This document shows, piece by piece, positions 53,801-61,129 of a stretch of DNA of 64,000 nucleotides. The DNA is from a virus: IMG/VR virus record IMGVR_UViG_3300045970_000065, positions 1 through 64,000 of that record; one strand, 5' to 3'. The position numbers and the translations under genes were made by a program. Numbering within the stretch: the first letter of the stretch is position 1; every line of letters begins with the position of its first letter. The notes beneath the pieces are model-generated. The model was not told the origin of the DNA. It searched no databases and worked only from the letters and a program-made list of their open reading frames with translations.

Positions 53801-56094
53801 AAACACGAGCAATAAGTTCTAAAGTTTCGTTGAACCCATTTGATGAAGTTTTCTTTTCAGTACGGCTTCGTGTTTCGAGTACACCTAAATTTGAAGATGG
53901 ACTTACAGTTTCAGTTACTGGTGATACTTATGAAACAGCAAATCTTAATGTCGTGGATGTTCGTTATTATTGGGCAAGAACTGTAGATATCTTTGGCGGC
54001 TTTTCAGAGTGGGTACCTTCTGAAAGCAGCATAGGTTTAGCAGGTATAACTAAGAATGACCCGAAAGCAGTTCTTGAAGCGATGATAATTAATCAAACTG
54101 ATTCACAAATAGTCCAAGATTACCTAGATGGTAAGAAATCTTTTGCTGAGGCTTTTGATAAGACATTTACAGATAAATTAATAGGCTTAGGTCTGTCTAA
54201 TACTAATGGTGAGAAGGTAGGTCTAACCATATCTTGGGATAATCCTGATGTTAAAGATTCAGGCAGTGTTGTAGTACAAGCTAATAAATTTAAAATTCAA
54301 GATGGTATTAATCAAAAGCCTATCTTTCTATCCGGTCCTATTGGTCCTGAGATTCTTGTAAACGGTAAGAAGGTACAGCCTATGGGAATAGGGATAAATG
54401 GTGATCTATTTGTCAATGGTTCCATTTCTGCCTTAGCCTTAGGTGTTCAAACTTTAACAGTAGGACTACAACTTGTACTGGCTGGTGGTGCACAAATATC
54501 TTGGGAAAATATTGATACAGGTACGGTCGTAGGTGATATAACGATAGCTAGAGGTAGTTGGGATGGTGGTCATATATATTACAATAAGGGAAATATTGTA
54601 ACATATAATGGGCAGACCCTTATTTGTCTTATCGCGCATCAATCACATACCGAACAACCACCTACAAGCGTTGGTGTATTAAATGTATATTGGTCTATAA
54701 TGGGTTCTCAAACTGGTGACTATACTTCATTTATCTTCGCTACTGGTAATTCTCCTCCTGATTATACAGCTACGACAACTGCAGCTTTACCCTCATTGTG
54801 GTATGATGTTCCAAGTGCAAGTTGGACACTCCCTGTATGGATGAGTAAAGGTATTGCTAATGGAATGACTAACATTGTAACAACTTGGGGCCAACCTGTC
54901 AAAATTACAGGACCTACAGGTTACGGTTCTCCGGGTACTAGTCAGACAGCTTATTATGCATTAGGTGCATTATGGCGTTCAACTGAAGGCTTTGGTACCG
55001 GTGTGCCTGCTGTGCCACAAGGCTACTATTTATGGATGAAATTCAAAAGTTCCGATGGCTCATGGGGCGATGAATTTAGAGTATCAGGCGAAAAAGGTGA
55101 AAGAGGAATACCTGGTTCTTCAGATTTAGTAGGACCTTATAAAGATATTCTAACGACGTTAATTAATGATAAAGAGATAGCTACATGTAACTTCTATGGT
55201 AACTCTTATCAGACTGGCGCCAAAGGTACTACTGGTGATAATATGATCATTGGTGAATCAACAGGCGGCGTTAGGGAAAATAGGATGCGTTTTAAAGAGG
55301 GTACAGTTACTAAAGCATTTATAGGTACACCCTTAAATGGTGTATATGGCGGTGATATTCAAGCGTTATCGACAATCTTTGCTAAAGCCGCGACTTCGGG
55401 TGTGGGAATAGCTATCGGTGGTTTTGCAGACTATTATAATTCAGGTTCAGTAGGTGTTTATGGCGAGAGTTTATACGGTATTGGTGTTAGAGGATGCGGT
55501 CAAAACTATTATGACTTTTATGCGGTAAGTTCAATTATAACAGGAAGAAGTTGGGTAGGTAGTAATAGTTCATTAAATTTTGGAATGACGGGAGGTGTTC
55601 GTAGCGGTACTTACGGACCTTTTACTGGATCGCATGATGGCTTGGTATTACATGAATTTGAAGCTCAGCCAGGAGATATTATAGTAGATATTATGACATT
55701 AAGCTACACAGATATAAGCAATACATTAAGCTTGGTGGAATTAAGTTGTAATATAAAGCAGAAAAGTGTAGTAGGTGTATTTCTAACTAAAAGAGATTTA
55801 AGTCCAGAGATGCCAATTGCAGGTCTCTGTTATCCATGGACAGAGGATTACAGTCTTACATACGCCCATGTATGCTTTAATGCAGTAGGTGAAGGAATGG
55901 TAGCTGTTTGCAAAGACGGCGGTAATATCGAAGCCGGTGATTATATATGTTCTTCAGCGCGTCCTGGTAAGGGTATGAAACAAGATGACGATATTCTCCA
56001 TAACTATACCGTAGCAAAAGCACGTACAGCAATAATTTGGGAAGAAAACGATGATGACGTCTATTTATTACCCTGTACATATCACTGTGGTTAA
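50854..56094 (+). CDS. Tail tip / host-specificity protein (J-like), 1746 aa
   Basis: EPVPIVFGRNKIGGIRV block near the N-terminus. Several about 90-aa Ig/FN3-like segments (LVWNPPSDDG, TWNYIGPG, LGWTANN). Short collagen-like GEKGERGIPG. Last large gene of the tail module. Confidence 0.7.
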   Translation: MSSLAMFAIIISIASTAYSIASSMDAARKAKNAKADADANADRAKGFQFVVEGSSEPVPIVFGRNKIGGIRVHNAVVSNYYSVPKTPVLPELVVMIPKETGSCWRLRHSDPTWLSGAWEPITTTIPPKRPCWKYNSATNTWSGPAVQSGINFLYCFPQVDSNGNDTALAPPNLPELKMEYPAAYDTSLNNAYYGDHWGWKKAYLFTQTILTQGTLNDVITADVNDQNYNSDLYNVGGGVWPNPMSFSGLMLQVHKKGGNANALMTKNDATRSDSRFSGCAYATQFFGLNREDPQFSGIPEVKYYVEGNNLSNITNGRLIRATDGMYSNNAIRVLLEYLINTTFGVSISPNDLDLVSFEEAISIAERIIQTTNISSGSFWSYKSVDRVIHLFETNLVLSSKDTHRSNINKILSCMGSCVDLIWSNGQYKIKLVCPEIYDTTKNHTFKKYSLVQIKGDIGGVVYKSLFDNETSLPSLTSSRWTKAAVALITDSDLLLDTQVTTTWPNIDNKLNYATVRFLNEDMNFMEDTAFWPDREGNATVYKAYLAQDCDILLEDDFFADGVTLKQHARALAEQKVRFSRNLLSYTFSTAGKYYFLEPGDLIEFSSETFKIGWPTPITMKITKVDGETGGKLNFTTSIFRPDLFAWNIDDHVLEDMMYETTGLMNREVRNLKFIANPINDTLNSDYSLVWNPPSDDGDDNKSEVCIDRYEIFYTKLIREKVDANTPLTFLGSSPGGSYSGDMSTSCSFKIIGLTDEYTYFVSTVTPDGRRTPMLNWAWVRGSTVVRIAAPTDLVVVEIGITGILRATWNYIGPGTITYNLSCDGAIVGTTTAKTYDFTGLTKGNHSIAIQAENINNETSEWLISERNLVTLGDLHPATVTGFHVHRDAISGKGVSLGWTANNVNDHVSHYHIKICAAKDWDFTADEFIANGITKIMPDITSTGQWTYSIKASTAEGIESVIAAEAGFYLAPVSKPYNIFMTAKTRAISSKVSLNPFDEVFFSVRLRVSSTPKFEDGLTVSVTGDTYETANLNVVDVRYYWARTVDIFGGFSEWVPSESSIGLAGITKNDPKAVLEAMIINQTDSQIVQDYLDGKKSFAEAFDKTFTDKLIGLGLSNTNGEKVGLTISWDNPDVKDSGSVVVQANKFKIQDGINQKPIFLSGPIGPEILVNGKKVQPMGIGINGDLFVNGSISALALGVQTLTVGLQLVLAGGAQISWENIDTGTVVGDITIARGSWDGGHIYYNKGNIVTYNGQTLICLIAHQSHTEQPPTSVGVLNVYWSIMGSQTGDYTSFIFATGNSPPDYTATTTAALPSLWYDVPSASWTLPVWMSKGIANGMTNIVTTWGQPVKITGPTGYGSPGTSQTAYYALGALWRSTEGFGTGVPAVPQGYYLWMKFKSSDGSWGDEFRVSGEKGERGIPGSSDLVGPYKDILTTLINDKEIATCNFYGNSYQTGAKGTTGDNMIIGESTGGVRENRMRFKEGTVTKAFIGTPLNGVYGGDIQALSTIFAKAATSGVGIAIGGFADYYNSGSVGVYGESLYGIGVRGCGQNYYDFYAVSSIITGRSWVGSNSSLNFGMTGGVRSGTYGPFTGSHDGLVLHEFEAQPGDIIVDIMTLSYTDISNTLSLVELSCNIKQKSVVGVFLTKRDLSPEMPIAGLCYPWTEDYSLTYAHVCFNAVGEGMVAVCKDGGNIEAGDYICSSARPGKGMKQDDDILHNYTVAKARTAIIWEENDDDVYLLPCTYHCG

Positions 56095-56103
56095 GGAGAC
56101 AAT

Positions 56104-56397
56104 ATGGACAAGTATAACAGCAGAACAGCTAAGCTTTTAGCTAAAATAAATAAGTATTCTGACTATGCAATAACAATCTCTTCTACATGTACACTTTATT
56201 CCACACCAATAGTGTCCGACGATTGGCGTGCGCATGAGGAAGAACATAAGAGACAGTTCAAAGAAGAAGGTTGGATTAAGTTCGTTGTTAAATATTTTTA
56301 TTACAATTTGACTAAAGGATATCAAAACAATCCGTACGAGATATCTGCCAGGAAAGCAGCAGAAAGGCCCAACCTGCAGCCGTCTGTGCAGACCTAA
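56104..56397 (+). CDS. Small HExxH-motif protein
   Basis: 97 aa; WRAHEEEHKRQF (H-E-x-x-H followed by Q); last gene before the late-operon end. Confidence 0.5.
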   Translation: MDKYNSRTAKLLAKINKYSDYAITISSTCTLYSTPIVSDDWRAHEEEHKRQFKEEGWIKFVVKYFYYNLTKGYQNNPYEISARKAAERPNLQPSVQT

Positions 56398-56423
56398 GGG
56401 CCAACTGCGGCCACCCCATGACT

Positions 56424-56461
56424 GCCCCCTCAGTCGGTTTCCCCCGACGGCTGAGCGGGGC
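56424..56461 (+). terminator. GC-rich bulged hairpin at the end of the late block
   Basis: GCCCCCTCAGTCGG ... CCGACGGCTGAGCGGGGC; a T5 run lies about 25 nt further on (56486..56491). Confidence 0.4.
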
Positions 56462-56525
56462 GCCTGGAGTTGCGTTCTCGTTACTCTTTTTGATTAGCCT
56501 AAAGTACACAATTTGGCATCGTGAC

Positions 56526-56572
56526 AACCCGTTAAATTAACCCTTAAACTGTCCCCGTTGAATGTATATAAT
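56526..56572 (+). promoter_or_regulatory. Tandem promoter-like motifs upstream of the early gene block
   Basis: AACCCGTTAAATTAACCC (56526..56543), then CCCGTTGAATGTATATAAT (56554..56572) 26 nt downstream. Same architecture as 13951..13998. Confidence 0.55.
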
Positions 56573-56650
56573 ACTAATACCTACTACTGTAGTATCTTAG
56601 TACTATCCCTACCTAATACTAAGAGTATAAGAGTATCATCTAATCCCTCC

Positions 56651-56679
56651 TTAATAGGAGGGATAAAAATGCGTATATT
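56651..56679 (+). promoter_or_regulatory. Possible sigma70-type promoter (weak)
   Basis: TTAATA (56651..56656), 17-nt spacer, TATATT (56674..56679), about 60 nt upstream of the first early ATG. Confidence 0.25.
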
Positions 56680-56739
56680 TTGGTATCTTATATGAAAGAG
56701 AGAATAGGCTCTCTGTCATACTATTGAAAGGAGACCGTC

Positions 56740-56889
56740 ATGGAAAACGTCGAAAAAGCAATTGGTTACAAACGTGCTGAATGGCTCTTCACGCAGTATG
56801 GTTACGAGCAAGTTTGGAAGGATTCGTGGAATATTCCGCATTATACGATTATGATTTACACACAGCAGCGTCTTGACCAACTTAAATAA
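56740..56889 (+). CDS. First early ORF (49 aa)
   Basis: ATG 56740 in the conserved leader AAAGGAGACCGTCATGGAAAAC; open to TAA 56887..56889; below track cutoff. Confidence 0.55.
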   Translation: MENVEKAIGYKRAEWLFTQYGYEQVWKDSWNIPHYTIMIYTQQRLDQLK

Positions 56890-56899
56890 GGAGACCATC

Positions 56900-57220
56900 A
56901 TGAAAATGTTTATCATTGTTTTTAGTATCACTGTACTGAGTTTTGCAGGTGTAATGCTCATAAAGCAGTTTAACTCTCCAACGAAAATTATTAAACAGAC
57001 AGTGTTATCAACCTTACGAGATCCTGAATCTGCCAAATTTGGTCCCATTGCAATACAAGGTCAAGATGCCTGTATTACAGTAAATGCTAAAAATGGTTAT
57101 GGAGGTTACACAGGTGAACAGGGTGTTTGGTTGCATCAGAATAATCAAGGTGTTTGGTTCGTAAGAAATACAACAGCTATAAATTACGAAGTGTGTAAAG
57201 CACTAATACTCGCTGATTAA
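56900..57220 (+). CDS. Secreted/periplasmic early protein
   Basis: ATG 56900 after TAAGGAGACCATC; MKMFIIVFSITVLSFAGVML signal/anchor; LRDPESAKF ... C.TVNAKNGYGGYTG pattern. Confidence 0.6.
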   Translation: MKMFIIVFSITVLSFAGVMLIKQFNSPTKIIKQTVLSTLRDPESAKFGPIAIQGQDACITVNAKNGYGGYTGEQGVWLHQNNQGVWFVRNTTAINYEVCKALILAD

Positions 57221-57232
57221 AGGAGCCTAATC

Positions 57233-57424
57233 GTGGCCAGAAAGTTTAATGTTAACAGCTTAGACTTGGATGAAGAATTCTATGTTATTGTTAAACCTAA
57301 CTTTTCGGATAGCTACAAGAAGTATCCCTGCACAAGACGTGAGATGTATAGTATCGATTCATTTCAGAAGTACTTTCAAGGTACCGTAATTTGCTACGAA
57401 CCTATCTATGAAAGGAGATCGTAA
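57233..57424 (+). CDS. Hypothetical protein (GTG start)
   Basis: ORF track; GTG after AAGGAGCCTAATC. Confidence 0.5.
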   Translation: MARKFNVNSLDLDEEFYVIVKPNFSDSYKKYPCTRREMYSIDSFQKYFQGTVICYEPIYERRS

Positions 57425-58014
57425 TGCTTAACGAAATTCACAGACAACTTGTAACTGGAGAGAAAACTATCAATAATCTGCCATTGGCTGAAATGCTGCA
57501 GGTGCTTAACTATCGGTTTGAGTACAACAACAGAAGCCGTTTTATTCAAGAATTTGGTTTCAGTTTTTTAGACTACAAGCTGGTTCAGCAAATCAAGTCT
57601 TTGAATAAGCAGTGGGTATCAGTTGGTGCAGGCACTGGTTGGCAAGAGAAAGTCCTCCGGGATAATGGAGTTGATATCATTGCTACTGATGCTCGCCCAA
57701 ATGCCAGCAACACTTACGGTTTCACTCATGTTTATGATGTAGAAGAACTCGATGCTTTTGAGGCATTGAAGAAGTACAAAGGTAGATCAGTCAGAATGGT
57801 GTGGCCTTGTTACGGTGGTCAGTGGGCAGAAGAAGTGCTTAAGCAACAGGCACACGGTAGTGTTCTTGCGTACTCTGGAGAGATGTATGGCTGTTGTACT
57901 ACGGACAAATTTTTCCAGATATTGTATAAAGATTACACTATTATCTATGATGTCCCTAATCCACTCAATTGGGACGGTACACACGATTATCACATTATAG
58001 CAATCAAAAAGTAA
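57424..58014 (+). CDS. Class I SAM-dependent methyltransferase-like protein
   Basis: Motif I WVSVGAGTGW, acidic end of beta-2 DIIATDARP; no DPPY/NPPY DNA-MTase motif seen. Confidence 0.55.
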   Translation: MLNEIHRQLVTGEKTINNLPLAEMLQVLNYRFEYNNRSRFIQEFGFSFLDYKLVQQIKSLNKQWVSVGAGTGWQEKVLRDNGVDIIATDARPNASNTYGFTHVYDVEELDAFEALKKYKGRSVRMVWPCYGGQWAEEVLKQQAHGSVLAYSGEMYGCCTTDKFFQILYKDYTIIYDVPNPLNWDGTHDYHIIAIKK

Positions 58015-58027
58015 AGGAGGTGATATA

Positions 58028-58129
58028 ATGTACACAGGTTTAGTCATCCTAACAACAGTATTTGTAGTGCTAATGGTCCTCGCATACTTCGGGGAATACA
58101 TCGAACAGTGGATAAGGAGATCGAAATGA
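58028..58129 (+). CDS. Tiny membrane peptide (33 aa)
   Basis: ATG 58028 after AAAGGAGGTGATATA; MYTGLVILTTVFVVLMVLAYF; stop overlaps next ATG. Confidence 0.4.
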   Translation: MYTGLVILTTVFVVLMVLAYFGEYIEQWIRRSK

Positions 58130-58395
58130 AAATCGCCAAAGCACGAGTGGTGGAACTGATGGCCTTTAATTTATTAATTATTGGTCTTCAAAAGGATTTT
58201 GATATTGGAATACTGGCTATGCAGAGTAGTTTGATTGCAACATTGCCTGAAGAAGATGCAAATGGTAAGATTGAGCTTTCCGAAAAGACGGAAGAACTTT
58301 TAGTTGCCACGGCAGAAGCGTGGGAGAATTATATTATGAATAGTGCAAAGGAAATCATGCTTGCTAAGTGTTCAACCTCAACCGTAATGCAGTAG
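58126..58395 (+). CDS. Hypothetical protein
   Basis: ATG 58126 after TAAGGAGATCGAA (in frame with track ORF 58108..58395). Confidence 0.55.
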   Translation: MKIAKARVVELMAFNLLIIGLQKDFDIGILAMQSSLIATLPEEDANGKIELSEKTEELLVATAEAWENYIMNSAKEIMLAKCSTSTVMQ

Positions 58396-58403
58396 GGGCT
58401 GTC

Positions 58404-58568
58404 ATGGAAGACCTCAAGAAACGTCGAAGACAGATTCAAGATATGATGTGCAAAGACCCCTCGATAGTAATTGCTATTGCGGCTTTTCTGAAACTTCCAC
58501 CGATTAAAGTTTGCGCAGAATCAGGTATCTTATATGATAAAAGGAATATTCCTTTATCTAACGAGTAA
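58404..58568 (+). CDS. Hypothetical protein
   Basis: ATG 58404, in frame with track ORF 58368..58568. Confidence 0.4.
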   Translation: MEDLKKRRRQIQDMMCKDPSIVIAIAAFLKLPPIKVCAESGILYDKRNIPLSNE

Positions 58569-58581
58569 AAAGGAGACCGTC

Positions 58582-58809
58582 ATGAAAACGCTCAAGACTT
58601 TGGCTGGACTTTTCTTCTTCACCTGGTTGGCAACGGTTATGGTTTGTGCGGCCTTCGCACTGGGATTGATAACTGGTTTATTTAAAGCATTAGTTGATTG
58701 TGTTAAGTTCCTCGTAGCTTTGGTAGAAGCCCTTGTTTTCCAGGGTGCTGCATACGTGATTCGATCGATGCGAAGACTCTACAGATTTATCGATCGTTGT
58801 TTCGCGTAG
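58582..58809 (+). CDS. Small membrane protein
   Basis: ATG 58582 in leader AAAGGAGACCGTCATGAAAAC; two hydrophobic helices. Confidence 0.6.
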   Translation: MKTLKTLAGLFFFTWLATVMVCAAFALGLITGLFKALVDCVKFLVALVEALVFQGAAYVIRSMRRLYRFIDRCFA

Positions 58810-59240
58810 TTACCAAGTCTAGCTCTCGACTTTAAACTGAGCAATCGTGTCAAGGCTAGAGACATAAAACAAGCCGCAGTGCAACCAGACCCAAGTGGGT
58901 CATTAGTCCGCTATTGTGTAAGCAATGGTTGTTGGTAATATGTGAGGAAGTATATAGCATCCTTTGAGCTTACACTCAAAGCGCAAGAGTCCGCGTAAGC
59001 GACTACCGGGTGCATTTCCGGGATTAAATGCCTAACTAATTGGGGAAGTGACCTATCCAATTAGATAGTAGGGTCCTAGCTGAGGGACTTATAATCCTAT
59101 AGCGGTCTAGTCCTAGCTGGGGGACTTTAAAACTCGAGTATATGTGTACGTGATTCCCGGATGGGCGTGGGCAAGCTGCGTCAAGACTGCTGTGTATTGT
59201 TAATCGATGGGGTACCTCTTATGAAGGTACCCCATCATAA
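58810..59240 (+). other. About 430-nt GC-rich, hairpin-dense non-coding spacer (candidate structured RNA / processing region)
   Basis: No ORF with an RBS. Hairpins include CTTTGAG/CTCAAAG (58962..58981), CTAATTGG/CCAATTAG (about 59034..59064) and GATGGGGTACC/GGTACCCCATC (59206..59236). 18-mer GTCCTAGCTG(A/G)GGGACTT at 59073 and 59110. Confidence 0.4.
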
Positions 59241-59258
59241 CCTTTAAAGGAGACCGTT

Positions 59259-59453
59259 ATGAAAACCTGGACACTGATCCTTCTTTCCCTCGCGATTCTT
59301 GCGATAGCTATGGCAGCTAATGTATCGGCAGCGACCTATCTGATTTTCTACGTTAGTGTCAAGCTGGTTATCTGTGCCATCGCCGGAACCTTCCTGTTCT
59401 ACAGCTATCGCATCCAGATGGCTGAACCTGAACTCGTTCCTATCGTTTCTTAA
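59259..59453 (+). CDS. Small membrane protein
   Basis: ATG in leader AAAGGAGACCGTTATGAAAAC; two TM helices. Confidence 0.6.
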   Translation: MKTWTLILLSLAILAIAMAANVSAATYLIFYVSVKLVICAIAGTFLFYSYRIQMAEPELVPIVS

Positions 59454-59485
59454 CGCAACTAACTACTACTAAGGAGACCTAAGTC

Positions 59486-59881
59486 ATGACAACTCTTATT
59501 TCCGCCATCATAGCAGTACTCGGCAGCTTGTGGGCACATTTGATCTCTCTCACCGCTAACGCTCTTGGTCTTATCGGCAAGATGCTGTTGGTTCCCTACA
59601 TGATCCCCGTTCTTCTCTTCTCCAAAGTGTTCGCAGTCGTAGCTCTGCTGGCACTATTTGTGTACTCGCCCGTCGGGTTGTTGGTTCTGGCTGTTCTCGT
59701 GGCAATCGCTATGGGGACCATTCTCTACGGTTCGTTCAAAGCAATGAACGCATCCATTCGGAAGAGTAAAGAAGCCATTGCTGCCGGTAAGGAAAAGTGG
59801 GCTGAGTACAATGCAAGCCGACCGACCGTTCCTGTAGGTAACAACTGGCTCAGTCGGTTCTGGCACAAGGCGACAGCATAA
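59486..59881 (+). CDS. Membrane protein (3-4 TM)
   Basis: ORF track; ATG after TAAGGAGACCTAAGTC; hydrophobic throughout, basic C-terminus. Confidence 0.6.
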   Translation: MTTLISAIIAVLGSLWAHLISLTANALGLIGKMLLVPYMIPVLLFSKVFAVVALLALFVYSPVGLLVLAVLVAIAMGTILYGSFKAMNASIRKSKEAIAAGKEKWAEYNASRPTVPVGNNWLSRFWHKATA

Positions 59882-60080
59882 CATGGGCTACAGATGGGCG
59901 ATAGAATCAAGGTCCCCGGCCAAGTTCCGGGACAGTAGGCTTGCTAGCTAAGGCAAGTAAAATAATTAAGCAAAACTCTGCCTGGGAGTATAAATCATGG
60001 GACAAGAGATATCCGAACCTCTTGTAAGTATCCGGGGCCTTGGGACGAGGTACTTAGATAACAGTCCTTCTGTACATATC

Positions 60081-60211
60081 GCCGCTAACCTCTTGGAGGC
60101 TCAGCAAGGATATGGTTTTAGACTATCAGAGATATTTCTCTGGTAACCTAAGACTATATTCTTGCTGAGCTTCCGAGGGGTTAGCGGCAAAATCTTATTT
60201 TTTTTTTCTTT
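60081..60211 (+). terminator. 28-bp RNA helix with three G-U pairs, plus T10 tract
   Basis: GCCGCTAACCTCTTGGAGGCTCAGCAAG (60081..60108) pairs at all 28 positions with CTTGCTGAGCTTCCGAGGGGTTAGCGGC (60161..60188). 3 pairs are G-U, valid only in the + strand RNA. Then AAAATCTTA-T10-CTTT. Confidence 0.6.
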
Positions 60212-60236
60212 AACTAACAATCTAAAGGAGATCGTC

Positions 60237-60455
60237 ATGAATGAGAAAGTAGAGATAATTTTAAAGAAGCCAGTTAAAATCGAAACTCCAGCAGAAATTA
60301 TTGCAAAGACTAACAGAGTATTTGAAAGTTGTCAGAATATCGATCAATTTGAGACTGCTCAGCAATTTGCAAGACTTGCTGATAGACGTCTGGAACAGAT
60401 GAATTATGAAGGTTATACTACAACCGAAAGAATAATAGGAGGCTTTGTAAAATGA
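60237..60455 (+). CDS. Hypothetical protein
   Basis: ATG 60237 after AAAGGAGATCGTC; the track ORF from 60162 would start inside the helix. Confidence 0.55.
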   Translation: MNEKVEIILKKPVKIETPAEIIAKTNRVFESCQNIDQFETAQQFARLADRRLEQMNYEGYTTTERIIGGFVK

Positions 60456-60634
60456 TTGCATCAGGTGAATATGGACAACCTATTTTTCAACTTAAACTAG
60501 AAGGTAAACGAGAGATCGAAATGTTTCAAGAGATTATCGCTCGTTTTGGAAGAGTGATAGTTGGTTCAGAAACCAGACAATTGCTTATTGATATTGATAA
60601 CAAAGTTTGTGAGTTTCTGGGAGGTATTAAATGA
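60452..60634 (+). CDS. Hypothetical protein
   Basis: ORF track; ATGA overlap with previous gene. Confidence 0.5.
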   Translation: MIASGEYGQPIFQLKLEGKREIEMFQEIIARFGRVIVGSETRQLLIDIDNKVCEFLGGIK

Positions 60635-60855
60635 ATGCCCTCGAGAAGGCCCTCAGAAAGCAAGACCAGTATTGCATTCAATTCTTAGAAGCATGGATGA
60701 CAAGACTGGAACAACAAATCAAAATGCAAGAGGAGGTGATGGATGCGGCAGTGAGATGGTATGCAGCAGGCTCGGATCAAACGACTACTGGAAAGGAACT
60801 TCGAAAGGTGCTTAGAAAATGGGCAGATATTAATGGTGACTTTAAACTTGGCTAG
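60631..60855 (+). CDS. Hypothetical protein
   Basis: ORF track; ATGA overlap with previous gene. Confidence 0.5.
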   Translation: MNALEKALRKQDQYCIQFLEAWMTRLEQQIKMQEEVMDAAVRWYAAGSDQTTTGKELRKVLRKWADINGDFKLG

Positions 60856-61129
60856 GGACGACGGTTAACTCTCAACCAGTCACTGACAAAAAGAGTGTAA
60901 ACTAAAACGACGTAGCAAACACACATGAAAATTCATTATAAAGGAGGTGAATTGGATTTGAGGCTATTTCATGTGTGTGGTATATTTGTAGTACTTTCTT
61001 TATCACCCTTTCCACTCATAAATGTAATTGTTTTAACAGCTGTCGTTTATACCTTTCAGAGGCGCTTATGATCTGTATAATGATTATATTAGCGCTTTTA
61101 AAAGTAGTAGGCGACTTGGGGAAGAAATT

